Source: a virus (Duplodnaviria; Caudoviricetes). From it: a stretch of DNA of 64,000 nt. Under the pieces are notes generated by a model. It searched no databases. It saw only the letters and a program-made list of their open reading frames with translations, and was not told the DNA's origin. Below, one piece after another: positions 46,643 to 56,344 of the stretch. The stretch is taken from positions 42,864-106,863 of the IMG/VR virus record IMGVR_UViG_2675903060_000001; one strand, 5' to 3'. Numbering within the stretch: position 1 is the stretch's first letter; each line of letters opens with the position of its first letter. A program made the translations under genes and the position numbers.

Positions 46643-46923
46643 GCAAGGTCTACGTGAAGGGCGGCGACGTGGTCACCGTCTACGGCAAGTCCAGCGAGGC
46701 GGGCATGCACATCGGGTTCGCTGGACACCGGCTGGAGGTGGAGATCCACGACCACGGCGACGGTCGTCTCTACCCGGCCATCCGCAGCAAGCACAGCCCC
46801 GGCTACCCGCTGACCGGCTGCTCCATGAGCGAGGTCGCGTTCTACCACGACAACGAAGGCGGCTGGTTCTACTTCCAGGACGACGCCGACAGGGCTCAGC
46901 AGGCACCCGAGTGGAACGGCTGA
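46639..46923 (+). CDS. Hypothetical protein
   Basis: GGAGG RBS; ATGA overlap. Confidence 0.65.
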   Translation: MSKVYVKGGDVVTVYGKSSEAGMHIGFAGHRLEVEIHDHGDGRLYPAIRSKHSPGYPLTGCSMSEVAFYHDNEGGWFYFQDDADRAQQAPEWNG

Positions 46924-46930
46924 GCAACAG

Positions 46931-47371
46931 ATGACGGATCTCCTCGCCGACGCGCCGGAGCTGACCCCGGCCGACCTGATCCGCGACGCCATCGACCTGA
47001 TGCGCGCCACGTGGCGGGTACGGGGCGACTTCGTCATCGGCCGCCTCACGACCGGCCACGGCTTCTGCCCGGTCGGCGCGATGAGCGCAATCGCCGGAGA
47101 CGTGTTCGTTCGCGGGGTGCCGCAGCGCCGCGTCCAGGTCGTCCGGGACACGCTGTCGTGGCTCGTGACCTTCCACCGGCTGCCCCGCTCCAAGCCGGAG
47201 GTCGCGGCCGGGGCCGACGATTCGCGCATGGCGTACGCGCGTGTCGCCGAGTGGGCCGACTCGTTCCCCGAGTCGGCCGACGATGAGCTGTACGCCGCCC
47301 TGGATGCCGCCGCCGCCGCGTGGCGGCCCCGTTCGACCCTCACCAGCACCACCAACAGGAGAAATTCATGA
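46931..47371 (+). CDS. Hypothetical protein (DUF6197-like)
   Basis: AIDLMR..W..G......GFCPVGAM...W.D......E...AL..AA. Confidence 0.55.
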   Translation: MTDLLADAPELTPADLIRDAIDLMRATWRVRGDFVIGRLTTGHGFCPVGAMSAIAGDVFVRGVPQRRVQVVRDTLSWLVTFHRLPRSKPEVAAGADDSRMAYARVAEWADSFPESADDELYAALDAAAAAWRPRSTLTSTTNRRNS

Positions 47372-47889
47372 CCGCGTTCATCACCGACCCCGCCGACGTG
47401 CACGCTCAGCGCGCCTGGCGCGGGTTCGACCGCATCACCGCGGCCGACGAGATCGGGTACGAGTCCTCCACCGTCGCCGCGCCCGGCTGGTTGCAGTCCG
47501 AGTTTCGCACCCGGTGCGGCACCGGCTGCTGCTACGCGGGCCACGTCGCCCTCGACAACGGCGGAGTGTGGGTCGTGGAGATCACTCCCAACGGCGAGAT
47601 GGTCATCGACGGCACGCCCGTGACCAAGCACGACGACCAGGAGCTGCCCTGGGCGCTGTGGGAGTACATGCTCGCCGAGCCCGACGACCCGGAGTCGGCC
47701 ATCGAGACGGTACGCGGCAAGCGGGTCGTCCACGTGTCCACGCGAGCGGAACGTCTGCTTGGGCTCCCTCTCGGCCTGGCTCACTGCTTCTTCGCCAGCG
47801 GCAACGGCAGGTTCACGCTCGAACGGCTCATCACCGACCGCTTCGGCCCGCGCAACACCGTTGGCGGAACCGACAACGAAGGAGTCTGA
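47368..47889 (+). CDS. Actinophage protein with CGT..C.AG motif, paralog 1
   Basis: WLQSEF...CGTGCCYAGH...GGVW...AERLLGL. Confidence 0.7.
   Translation: MTAFITDPADVHAQRAWRGFDRITAADEIGYESSTVAAPGWLQSEFRTRCGTGCCYAGHVALDNGGVWVVEITPNGEMVIDGTPVTKHDDQELPWALWEYMLAEPDDPESAIETVRGKRVVHVSTRAERLLGLPLGLAHCFFASGNGRFTLERLITDRFGPRNTVGGTDNEGV
47859..47878. repeat. Dispersed palindrome, copy 7 (CGTTGGCGGAACCGACAACG)
   Basis: Exact reverse complement of the copy at 54521. Confidence 0.85.
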
Positions 47890-47891
47890 CC

Positions 47892-48413
47892 ATGAACACC
47901 CCGACCGCTCACCTGCGCAACCGGGCGCTGCTCGCCGCCATCATCGACCGGATCGAGACCGACACCGCCGCCCTCGGACGCCTGGAGGCCAGCGAGGAGC
48001 CGTTCACCTCCTGGTACCAGGGCTACTGGCGCGAGCACATCACCCGGAACGGCCGGTGCGGCACGAACCTGTGCGCGGCGGGCTACGCCATCGAACTGAC
48101 CGGCGGCACGTGGCTGACCACCCGCACCACGGAGGGAACCTTCCTCGCCGGGAGGCTCCTCCCCGACTACCAGTCGTCCTGGTGGGCCGAATACGTCCTG
48201 GCCGACGACACCGACCCCGAGGACGAGATCACGGTCATCGACGGGAACCGCGTGGTCAAGGCGGAGGACCGGGCGATGCGGCTCCTCGGCCTCGAACGCT
48301 CGTGGGACGGCTTTGACGCCGACGACGAGCACGACATCGAGCTGCACCCGCTGTTCCGGGGCCACAACACCCTGGACGACCTGCGCGGCTGGCTCGACCG
48401 GCTCCCCGCCTGA
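47892..48413 (+). CDS. Actinophage protein with CGT..C.AG motif, paralog 2
   Basis: WYQGYW...CGTNLCAAGY...GGTW...AMRLLGL. Confidence 0.7.
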   Translation: MNTPTAHLRNRALLAAIIDRIETDTAALGRLEASEEPFTSWYQGYWREHITRNGRCGTNLCAAGYAIELTGGTWLTTRTTEGTFLAGRLLPDYQSSWWAEYVLADDTDPEDEITVIDGNRVVKAEDRAMRLLGLERSWDGFDADDEHDIELHPLFRGHNTLDDLRGWLDRLPA

Positions 48414-48475
48414 CCCCTCACCGGCTGGCCCGCGCCGCGCGGGCCGGCCACCCCACCACCACGAGAGGAAGCCCT

Positions 48476-49753
48476 GTGGCAAGAAGCGACATGACCGACG
48501 ACGAACTGGCCGCCTGGAAGGCCCGCAAGGACGCCGGCCGGGCCCGCGCGTACGAAGCCGAGGTGAAGACCGCGACTCTCCTCCGAGACCACCCCGAGGC
48601 GATCGACGGGTTCCGCGTCTTCTGCGCCCGCATGGGCGGCTTCTACTCGATCCGCAACTGCATGCGCATCTACGGCCAGAACCCCAACGTCGCGCACGTT
48701 CAGCCGCGACGGTTCTGGGGCGGCTACGGCTTCAACCGCGAGGTGACCGACCCGAACGCGGCCATCTGGATCGTCGCGCCGAAGGTCGAGCGGACGTTCA
48801 CCAAGGAGGTCAAGAACGAGCGGACGGGCCAGACCGAGGAAGTGGAGGACTCCTACAAGGTGTGGCCGATCGAGGACATCTACCCGTCCGCGGCGACCGC
48901 GCCGAAGGGCGGACCCTGCGTGTTCTGCAACGGCCCCGAGGGCGAACCGTGCCCCGACTCCTGCCCGGTACGGCAGCCGCAGTCCGGGCCTCCCCCCACG
49001 CGGGAAGACGTGGCCGAGGCGGTGGCCGACGTCCTCAAGAAGCTCGGCGGGTTCGACGCCTCCGTGCTCACCACGCTCGGGCCAGATCCGATGCGGGACG
49101 GCTACGGCGATCCGTACGAGACGCCCGGCGTCCGCTGGGGGACCATCTCGGTCACGACGGGCGCGACGAACCGGAGCGGCAAGCCGAGGAAGCGCAGCTA
49201 CCGATTCCTGCACACGGTGGACCTCGACCGGCCCGGCGTCCGGTACGCCATCGCGGGGCTCGGCGTCATCTGGATCAGCCCGTACGAGCTCCGCAACGAC
49301 ACCGGCAACGGCCACGCGGCGGTCACCATCCAGTACGGCGACGACGTGCCCGCCGCCGACCGGCACTGGGACAGCCGCTTCCACAAGGAGGGGCCACACG
49401 CCCCCGTCCTCAACGGCATCACGTTCGCCGGAACGTCGCTGGTCTACCCGCACGAGGAGCGGTGGCGCTGGTTCTCCCCGAACCGCGCCGGCTACGGCGA
49501 GGTCACCGAGGGCGCGGCCGAGAAGATGGGCCAGATCCTCCGGCAGCTCCTCCCGCACTACCGGGGCCTGGTGGAGTTCGACGCCATCGAGGAGGCCGGG
49601 TTCCGCAAGCGCGCCGCGCGCCGGGCGCGTGAAGCGGACCATGAGGCCAAGCGGCTCGCCGAGCGCGAGCAGGAGCTGGCCGAGCAGCGCGCCGACGCGG
49701 AGCAGCGAGCGGCCGACCACCGCCACCAGGCCGCCAACCCGAACGAGCTGTAG
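48476..49753 (+). CDS. ArdC N-terminal-like (ssDNA-binding/antirestriction) domain protein
   Basis: FYSIRNCMRIYGQNPNVAHV....W...G...AAIWIVAPK...YKVWPIEDI resembles the YSxxNxxLIxxQxPxA.xV...IxAP...VFD pattern. Confidence 0.6.
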   Translation: MARSDMTDDELAAWKARKDAGRARAYEAEVKTATLLRDHPEAIDGFRVFCARMGGFYSIRNCMRIYGQNPNVAHVQPRRFWGGYGFNREVTDPNAAIWIVAPKVERTFTKEVKNERTGQTEEVEDSYKVWPIEDIYPSAATAPKGGPCVFCNGPEGEPCPDSCPVRQPQSGPPPTREDVAEAVADVLKKLGGFDASVLTTLGPDPMRDGYGDPYETPGVRWGTISVTTGATNRSGKPRKRSYRFLHTVDLDRPGVRYAIAGLGVIWISPYELRNDTGNGHAAVTIQYGDDVPAADRHWDSRFHKEGPHAPVLNGITFAGTSLVYPHEERWRWFSPNRAGYGEVTEGAAEKMGQILRQLLPHYRGLVEFDAIEEAGFRKRAARRAREADHEAKRLAEREQELAEQRADAEQRAADHRHQAANPNEL

Positions 49754-49853
49754 GCGCGAGCCCGTCCCAACCGGGCTCGCGCCACACACCGATCGTACGA
49801 GCTCCCGCCCACCAGCGGGCGGGAGCATCCTCAACCGAGAGGGAGCAACCACG

Positions 49854-50312
49854 ATGAAGCTCGCAGCGCTCGCCGTCGCAGCGCTTCTCACCGTCCAGCC
49901 CGCCGGATGCGGCGGCAAGGGCACCACCACCGACCCGTACAAGCCCGGCGCGCTCGGGTGCGAGCGGGCCGTGCACGTCGAGGCCGTTCGCATCGGGTCA
50001 GCGGAACCGCGGGTCCGCGTCCTCGTCAACGAGGAATGCACCGACCCGTCCGGGATCGGCACGCAGCTCTTGTCCATCGACCTGGAGTACCGCGAGTCGT
50101 TGGGCGCCCCGTGGCTGGCCGTCAACAGCGCTCGGTTCCCGAACGTGGCCCCGGACCACCAGTACGTCCTCACCCACCACCCGTGCCTGTCCGGCCGCTA
50201 CCGGGCGAAGGTCGGCGTGGCGGGCACGTTCGACACCGGCAAGGAGTACCGGGCCTCGGTGGAGGAGTCGGCGCGGATCAACTGCGACAAGCCGCGCGAC
50301 ATCTCCTCCTAG
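49854..50312 (+). CDS. Putative lipoprotein
   Basis: MKLAALAVAALLTVQPAG-C lipobox-like. Confidence 0.65.
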   Translation: MKLAALAVAALLTVQPAGCGGKGTTTDPYKPGALGCERAVHVEAVRIGSAEPRVRVLVNEECTDPSGIGTQLLSIDLEYRESLGAPWLAVNSARFPNVAPDHQYVLTHHPCLSGRYRAKVGVAGTFDTGKEYRASVEESARINCDKPRDISS

Positions 50313-50659
50313 CAGGGGCGCCACCAGCGGCGGCGGGCGGCGCGAGCGCGGAAACGCGCCTCGCCGTCCGGGTCGCCGCCGTACGGGCACCGCACCCGCA
50401 GCCTCGGGTGCGGCGGTACGACGCCGACCGCCCAGCACGAAGCCGCGTCCGGCGCGGCGTGCGTGATGTTGCCGGTGGCGTACGCGGGCGGCTCGTCCCG
50501 GTCCGGCGTCTCGCCAGGCCACACGCCCCACCCGTCGCCCCACCAGGCGACCGTCCACACCTGCACAGCTTCCACGAATCCGATCGTACGGCCCCGCCCG
50601 CCGGCGGGCGGGGCCATCCCCACCACCACACCGCCACACCCAAGGAAGGGAGGGGAGCA

Positions 50660-51292
50660 GTGGCCAACGCTGCGATCCCCATCCATCTCGCCCACGTCCC
50701 CACCCACAACGGGATGGTCATCCCGTACATCACCCTCCGCCACGCGGACGGTACCCCCGAACTGGGCCGCGTCGATCACAACCTGGTCGCCGAATGCCTC
50801 ACCGGCCGCCGCTGCCAGCTCTGCGCCCGCCCCCTCGACACCGGCGCCGACGCCGCCGCGGTAGTGATGGCCCGGCCGATGGACTTCGGATACGGGTACG
50901 TCCCCGAGCCCGCCCAGCACCCCGAGTGCGCCGCCTACGCGATCCGAGCGTGCCCGATGCTGTCGGGCCGGCTGCCGCGTCTGCGTGACCGGACCCGGCC
51001 GCAGCGACGCCAGTGCACCGCCGTGGCGGCGTGCTGGTGCGGCCTGGACGAGCCGCCCAGCGTGGACGCCATCGTCCGGTCCGGCCGCCCGGCGACGCCG
51101 TGGTACTCGGTCCGGTTCCCCATGACGGAGTACGAGCTGCTGATGACGGCGCGACAAGGGCCGCGCGGCATCTCCCTCCACGCCCTCACCAACCCGAAGA
51201 TCCGGCTCGTGTCCTGGGGCGACCCGGAATGGGACGACATGGGCCGCGCCGTGGTGTACGGGCTGCCCCTCCCGGACGGAGCCGACTCGTGA
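50660..51292 (+). CDS. Cys/His-rich hypothetical protein
   Basis: CL..RRCQLCARPL...EPAQHPECAAYAIRACPML. Confidence 0.7.
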   Translation: MANAAIPIHLAHVPTHNGMVIPYITLRHADGTPELGRVDHNLVAECLTGRRCQLCARPLDTGADAAAVVMARPMDFGYGYVPEPAQHPECAAYAIRACPMLSGRLPRLRDRTRPQRRQCTAVAACWCGLDEPPSVDAIVRSGRPATPWYSVRFPMTEYELLMTARQGPRGISLHALTNPKIRLVSWGDPEWDDMGRAVVYGLPLPDGADS

Positions 51293-52473
51293 TGAACGTC
51301 GTCTTCTCCTACGGCATGGGCGCCAACGGCACCGCGGCGCTCCTCCGCCTGCTGTTCGAGCCCGCCACCCGGCCGCCCGAGCTGGCCGACGACCTGTCCA
51401 ACCTCATCGTCATTACCGCGCAGACGGGTGACGAGTTCCTGGACACCGCCGTCATGGTCGAACAGCACATCTACCCGCTGCTCGCCGCCCGGCGGGTGCG
51501 GACAGTGCAGGTCGCCCGCGCGGGCCACTACGAACGGGACGGCATCGTCGTCCTGGACGACACCCGCGAGCCGATCCTGTGCCTGACCAGCGGCGCGTAC
51601 GCGCTGCTGGAGGAGATGACGAGCACCGCGACCGTACCCCAGTCGAAGGACCGGAAGCACAGCCAGAAGTTCAAAGGCTGGGTCATCGACCAGTGGCTCA
51701 AGACGAACATCGGCGACGAGCCGTACCTGCACGTCATGGGGTACGACGTGAGCGAGCCCGACCGGGTCGCCGGGGACCTGGCGCTCGGCCTCCCCAACAA
51801 GATCCCGTGGTATCCGCTCGTGGACTGGGGCTGGGACTGGGACGCCTGCGAGCGCTACATCTTCGCCCGGCTCGGCGTGCGGTGGAAGCGCTCGCACTGC
51901 GTCGAGTGCCCGTTCGCGTTCTCCGTCACCAAGGGAGGCCGGGCGCGGACCATCCCGCGCCTGCTCGCGCACCCGCACCAGGCGATGGACGCGCTGACGA
52001 TGGAGTACCTGGCCGTCGCCTGCAACCCCAAGCAGGGGCTGATCGCGGGCAAGGAGCAGCTCTACGACCTGATCGCCGACTGGCCGGGCGGCCCCATCCT
52101 GCTGAAGCTGTTCCACCACCACCTCGACGCCGCCGAGTGGGCGGTGTACGACGTGCAGCGCGGATTCGGCAGGAAGCCCGACGACCCGATGAAGCGCGGA
52201 CAGCCGGCCCGCAGCATGCGCCCGCTCATCACCGGCAGCCGCACCGACATGCTCGCCCACCTGGAGCGCGCCGCCGGCCTGCTCGGGCGGCGGCTGGAGA
52301 CGGACGGCCGCCACTGGCGGGTGTGGTGGCGGCGGCGCGGCATCTACTTCCCGACCGTCGAGCACCTGCTGACCGCCGCGCCCGCGCTGGCGCAGCACAA
52401 GACCAACTCCTCGTTCCCGAAGCTGTGGCGGGAGGGCCTGAAGGCCACCCGGCAGCTCGAACTCGCCATCTGA
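51292..52473 (+). CDS. PAPS-reductase-like PP-loop protein
   Basis: VFSYGMGANGT PP-loop variant, AQTGDEF, SQKFKG.VI, YPLVDWGW...C..YI, RSHCVECPF. Confidence 0.7.
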   Translation: MNVVFSYGMGANGTAALLRLLFEPATRPPELADDLSNLIVITAQTGDEFLDTAVMVEQHIYPLLAARRVRTVQVARAGHYERDGIVVLDDTREPILCLTSGAYALLEEMTSTATVPQSKDRKHSQKFKGWVIDQWLKTNIGDEPYLHVMGYDVSEPDRVAGDLALGLPNKIPWYPLVDWGWDWDACERYIFARLGVRWKRSHCVECPFAFSVTKGGRARTIPRLLAHPHQAMDALTMEYLAVACNPKQGLIAGKEQLYDLIADWPGGPILLKLFHHHLDAAEWAVYDVQRGFGRKPDDPMKRGQPARSMRPLITGSRTDMLAHLERAAGLLGRRLETDGRHWRVWWRRRGIYFPTVEHLLTAAPALAQHKTNSSFPKLWREGLKATRQLELAI

Positions 52474-52488
52474 CCGGAGGACCCTCGC

Positions 52489-54519
52489 ATGGCATCGTCA
52501 CAACGCAGCCGCGTCAGGAAGCGGCAGCAGCCTCGCGTCGCCACGCACCGCCCGGCCGTGCGCCCGCGCCGGTTCCGCCACGACGACCTCATCGCCGTGG
52601 ACCTGTTCTCCGGCTTCGGAGGGCTCACGAAGGGCATCGAGGACGCCGGGTTCACCACGATCCTCGCGGCCAACCACAACGAGTACAAGGTCAAGGTCCA
52701 CGAGAAGAACCACCCGCACGCCGAGCACTGGATCGCCGACCTCGTGGACAAGGAGGCGTCCGACTACCACTCCGCCGCCGACCTTCCCCGCGCTGACCTC
52801 CTCGTCGCGGGCGTGAGCTGCACCAATCACTCGCAGGCGAACACGCAGAAGGCTTACCAGTTGGGCCTGGCGCTGTTCGAGCTGGACGACCCCGAGTATC
52901 AGGAGCGCGCGACTCGATCGGAGAAGGACAGAGCGACGGCGACGTGCGCGCTGCAATACGCGGCCAAGCACCACCCGAGGATGGCTCTCATCGAGTGCAC
53001 CACGGAACTGTACTCATGGGGGCCTCGGGTACCAGGCAAGAAGTACGGCGACGGCTCCACCTATCGGTGGTGGCTCAAACAGTGGGAAAACGAGGGCTAC
53101 AACTTCCGCATCCTCTACCTCAACAGCATGTTCTTCGGGGTGCCGCAGTCCCGTGACCGGCTTTACATCATCTTCTGGGACGAGAAACTGCCCGCGCCGG
53201 ACCTCGACCACCGGCCCGAGTCGTGGTGCGGCTTCTGCGGCACGATCGTCCAGGCGGTGTGGACCTGGAGGACCGGGATTCCGGCCACGGGCAGCGTCCG
53301 CTACAGCAAGCAGTACGAGTACCGGTGCCCCTCCTGCCGCCGGATCGTGATCCCGCCGTTCGCTCCGTCGATCAACGCGCTGGACCTGTCCGACCTCGGC
53401 CCCAAGATCGGTGACAGGCCGCTCAAGGAGTTCACGGACAAGAAGACGGGCGAGACCGTCATGAGCCCGCTGGCGCCCTCCACGATGGCCAGGGCCGAGC
53501 GGTGCAGGCAGAAGTTCGCCGACTTCCCCGCCGTGCTCATGCCGGCCAAGGCCGTCCACGGGTCCGAGCGCCACCCGTGGCAGCCCCTCTCGACGCAGAC
53601 CAGCCAGCAGGAGACGGCAATCCTCTCGACCGGGGCGCTCGTCGCCGCCGCGGGCAACACCTTCGAGCGGCCCGGCTCCGACTGCCGTACCCGCACCCTG
53701 GACGAGCCTCTGCCGTCGCAGACCGCGACGAACACGCAGGCGCTGCTCACGCCGCCGGTCTCCGTGGTGACGGGGCAGGTGATGGTCGCGCACCGGCACA
53801 ACGGCGATGGCCAGCACATCACCGAGCCGATGGACACCGTCACCAGCGTGCACGAGAAAGCGGTCCTGCTCGCGGTCAACAACTTCCAGGGCTCCCCTCG
53901 TGGCGTCGATGAGGTGCTGCCCACGCAGGGCGGCTCGGAGACGCTGGGGCTGCTGTCCGCTGGCGTCGTGCCGTTCCGGAAGAACACGCTGCCGACCTCG
54001 CACGCCGAGGCCATGCCCACTGTCACGTCCGATCAGATCCCCGGCCTGATCACCGCCGCTGGGATGGTGCAGTTCCGGCAAGGAACCGACCGCCGCGTAG
54101 CAGGTGTTGATCGGCCGCTGAACACGGTGGTCGCTGATGGTGCTGGGCATGGCCTGCTGTTTTCCGGCTGGTACAAGCAGAACGGGTCTGAGGCCGACGC
54201 GACAGCGCCGCACCCCGCGAGCGACCCGCTCGGCACGCTGACCGCCCGCGACACCACGGCTCTACTCCACGCGCAGTGGCGCGAGGTCCTTGCGGATCTG
54301 AGGCTGGAGGACTGTCACTTCCGCATGATGGCCCCGCACGAAGTCGGCGTTGGCTGCGGCTTCGATGTCGATTTCGGCAACCACAAGGGGTCGTTCATCG
54401 TCTGGGGCTCCGCGAGAGACCAGATTGACGGCTTCGGCAACGCCGTCAGCCCTCCCGTTGGAGAGTGGATCGGCAGACGCCTTCGCGCTGTTCTTCACGG
54501 AGAACAGCTTGACGATTAG
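52489..54519 (+). CDS. DNA (cytosine-5) methyltransferase with repeated TRD-like units
   Basis: Motif I DLFSGFGG; catalytic SC; GVPQSRDRLY; FRMM.PHE...GF; GNAVSPP. Confidence 0.9.
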   Translation: MASSQRSRVRKRQQPRVATHRPAVRPRRFRHDDLIAVDLFSGFGGLTKGIEDAGFTTILAANHNEYKVKVHEKNHPHAEHWIADLVDKEASDYHSAADLPRADLLVAGVSCTNHSQANTQKAYQLGLALFELDDPEYQERATRSEKDRATATCALQYAAKHHPRMALIECTTELYSWGPRVPGKKYGDGSTYRWWLKQWENEGYNFRILYLNSMFFGVPQSRDRLYIIFWDEKLPAPDLDHRPESWCGFCGTIVQAVWTWRTGIPATGSVRYSKQYEYRCPSCRRIVIPPFAPSINALDLSDLGPKIGDRPLKEFTDKKTGETVMSPLAPSTMARAERCRQKFADFPAVLMPAKAVHGSERHPWQPLSTQTSQQETAILSTGALVAAAGNTFERPGSDCRTRTLDEPLPSQTATNTQALLTPPVSVVTGQVMVAHRHNGDGQHITEPMDTVTSVHEKAVLLAVNNFQGSPRGVDEVLPTQGGSETLGLLSAGVVPFRKNTLPTSHAEAMPTVTSDQIPGLITAAGMVQFRQGTDRRVAGVDRPLNTVVADGAGHGLLFSGWYKQNGSEADATAPHPASDPLGTLTARDTTALLHAQWREVLADLRLEDCHFRMMAPHEVGVGCGFDVDFGNHKGSFIVWGSARDQIDGFGNAVSPPVGEWIGRRLRAVLHGEQLDD

Positions 54520-54520
54520 T

Positions 54521-54540
54521 CGTTGTCGGTTCCGCCAACG
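54521..54540. repeat. Dispersed palindrome, copy 8 (CGTTGTCGGTTCCGCCAACG)
   Basis: Starts 1 nt after the methyltransferase stop. Confidence 0.85.
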
Positions 54541-54587
54541 GACACGCCCGCTCCCTCGCGGAGCGGGCCACACCACCAAGGAGAACC

Positions 54588-55235
54588 ATGTCGATCACCG
54601 ACACCACCGCCACGCCGACCATCGCCGAGCTGGTCAACGCCACCGGCCTGCCCGGTAACACCGACCTCCGTCTCCTCCCCGGCATGCACGCCCTCCCGCG
54701 CAACCTCATGCTCCGTGAGGGCATCCGAACGCTCGCCATCCTGGCCGAGCACGACGATGCGTCCCTCATGGACATCCGGAACTTCGGGGTGTGGTGCCGG
54801 GACCACGTTCGCGCCGTCCTGGCCGAGCTGGGCGAGCGCCACGCGGCCATCATGCGGAACGCGCCGCCCTGGCACCAGGAGATCGCCGACCTCGCCGGAG
54901 CCCTCCGGGACGGCTACGACGAGCACCTCATCACCTCCGTCCTGGCCCGTGTCACTGAGGCGGGTGCCCCCGGCTACCTGCTGTGCGTGTGGGCCGAGCA
55001 CGACGCGGCCGGGTACGGCGGCGACTCGGAGGTTTACATCGACGCCGACCACGGCGGCGGCCTCTGTCACGTCGGCGGGGACCTGTGGGCGTGGCTGTCC
55101 CAGCACCCCCTCACGCCCGGCACGCCGGCCACCCCCGGAGACCCGGCCACGTGGAAGGGCAACTCCGCCGGGTTCGACCTGGACAGCCTGCCCGTGGACG
55201 ACGGCCGCCACAACTTCGCCCGCACCAGCTACTAG
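54588..55235 (+). CDS. Protein with RNA polymerase alpha-CTD-like domain fused to an unknown domain
   Basis: RNLMLREGIRTLAILAEHDDASLMDIRNFGVWCRDHVRAVLAELG mirrors the actinobacterial RpoA NCLKREGI...LLDIRNFG pattern. Confidence 0.75.
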   Translation: MSITDTTATPTIAELVNATGLPGNTDLRLLPGMHALPRNLMLREGIRTLAILAEHDDASLMDIRNFGVWCRDHVRAVLAELGERHAAIMRNAPPWHQEIADLAGALRDGYDEHLITSVLARVTEAGAPGYLLCVWAEHDAAGYGGDSEVYIDADHGGGLCHVGGDLWAWLSQHPLTPGTPATPGDPATWKGNSAGFDLDSLPVDDGRHNFARTSY

Positions 55236-55301
55236 CCCGCCCGCGTCCCCGCCGGCCGCATGGTCGGCGGGGACCACCCCACCACCACCAAGGAGAAGGT
55301 C

Positions 55302-55658
55302 ATGGCAATCGACCTGGAGTCCGACCAAGCCAAACACGTCATCACCGAGCACAACAACTGGGTCAACTACGGCAACGGACGTGGCGGCCTTCACGCCTAC
55401 ACATTCTGCGGCTGGCTCTACGCGGATGGCCGTATGGAGGGCGCCTACATCTACGGCGACTGGTGGCAGAACCCGGACATCAAGAACGTGTGCCCGCACT
55501 GCGTGCACGCCCTCACCTGCGACGTGATCTTCAACGAGGCCCGCGCCGCCGAGCGCGCCACCTGCTCGGGCTGTGCTGCATACGACGCCGACAAGGCTCT
55601 CGGCCACCCGGCGAAGCGCAGCCAAACGGCCGAACACGCCAGCGCCGAACACCCGTAG
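55302..55658 (+). CDS. Cys-rich hypothetical protein
   Basis: AAGGAG RBS; TFCG...CPHC...C...CSGC. Confidence 0.7.
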   Translation: MAIDLESDQAKHVITEHNNWVNYGNGRGGLHAYTFCGWLYADGRMEGAYIYGDWWQNPDIKNVCPHCVHALTCDVIFNEARAAERATCSGCAAYDADKALGHPAKRSQTAEHASAEHP

Positions 55659-55727
55659 ACCACCGCGCCCCCGCCGGCCGCCGGGCGGGCGGGGGCCTCC
55701 CCACCACCACGAAAGGAAGGCCCCGAG

Positions 55728-56024
55728 ATGGGCAAGTACGACCAGCAGAACGAAGACCTGCACACCACCCTCACCCAGGCCGGGATCGCCGCCCGGATCG
55801 ACTACGACGGCGACGAACACGAGGTCACCGTCGAGCTCCCCACCGGGCGGCTCATCTTCGACCCGACCGACGACGGCGCGTGGCGGCTCGACATCGAGAG
55901 CGACTACAACGACGGCTGGGTCGCGCGGGAGAACGTGCTGACCGGGATCGGCGTCGAGTACGCGGCCCCGGTCGTGGAGGGCCTGCTGCGCTGGTTCCAG
56001 GCACGCTCGGCGGCAGGTGCCTGA
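55728..56024 (+). CDS. Acidic hypothetical protein
   Basis: Leader motif + RBS. Confidence 0.7.
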   Translation: MGKYDQQNEDLHTTLTQAGIAARIDYDGDEHEVTVELPTGRLIFDPTDDGAWRLDIESDYNDGWVARENVLTGIGVEYAAPVVEGLLRWFQARSAAGA

Positions 56025-56344
56025 TGGGCGAGAAGACGTTGTTCTACCGCCACAACGCCCAGGGCCAGATCTGGCTCATCGAGGACGACCACAGCCGCCA
56101 GGTCATGGATGCCTTTCCGAACCCGCTGGCGTGCGCGGTCGTGCACGAGCTGAACAACGCGCTCCAGCGCGGGCAGCTCACCAGCGGCACGGCCACGTAC
56201 CGCGCGCACGACACGACCGTGCTCATGACGCCCGCGCATGGGTTCGGGGAGCGGCCACTGCCGGTGGACGGCCTCACCCGCGAGCAGGCAATCGCGCTCG
56301 CGGTCGAGCTGCACCAGGCCGGCCAGATGGGCGCCTACACGTGA
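56024..56344 (+). CDS. Hypothetical protein
   Basis: TGATG coupling. Confidence 0.6.
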   Translation: MGEKTLFYRHNAQGQIWLIEDDHSRQVMDAFPNPLACAVVHELNNALQRGQLTSGTATYRAHDTTVLMTPAHGFGERPLPVDGLTREQAIALAVELHQAGQMGAYT

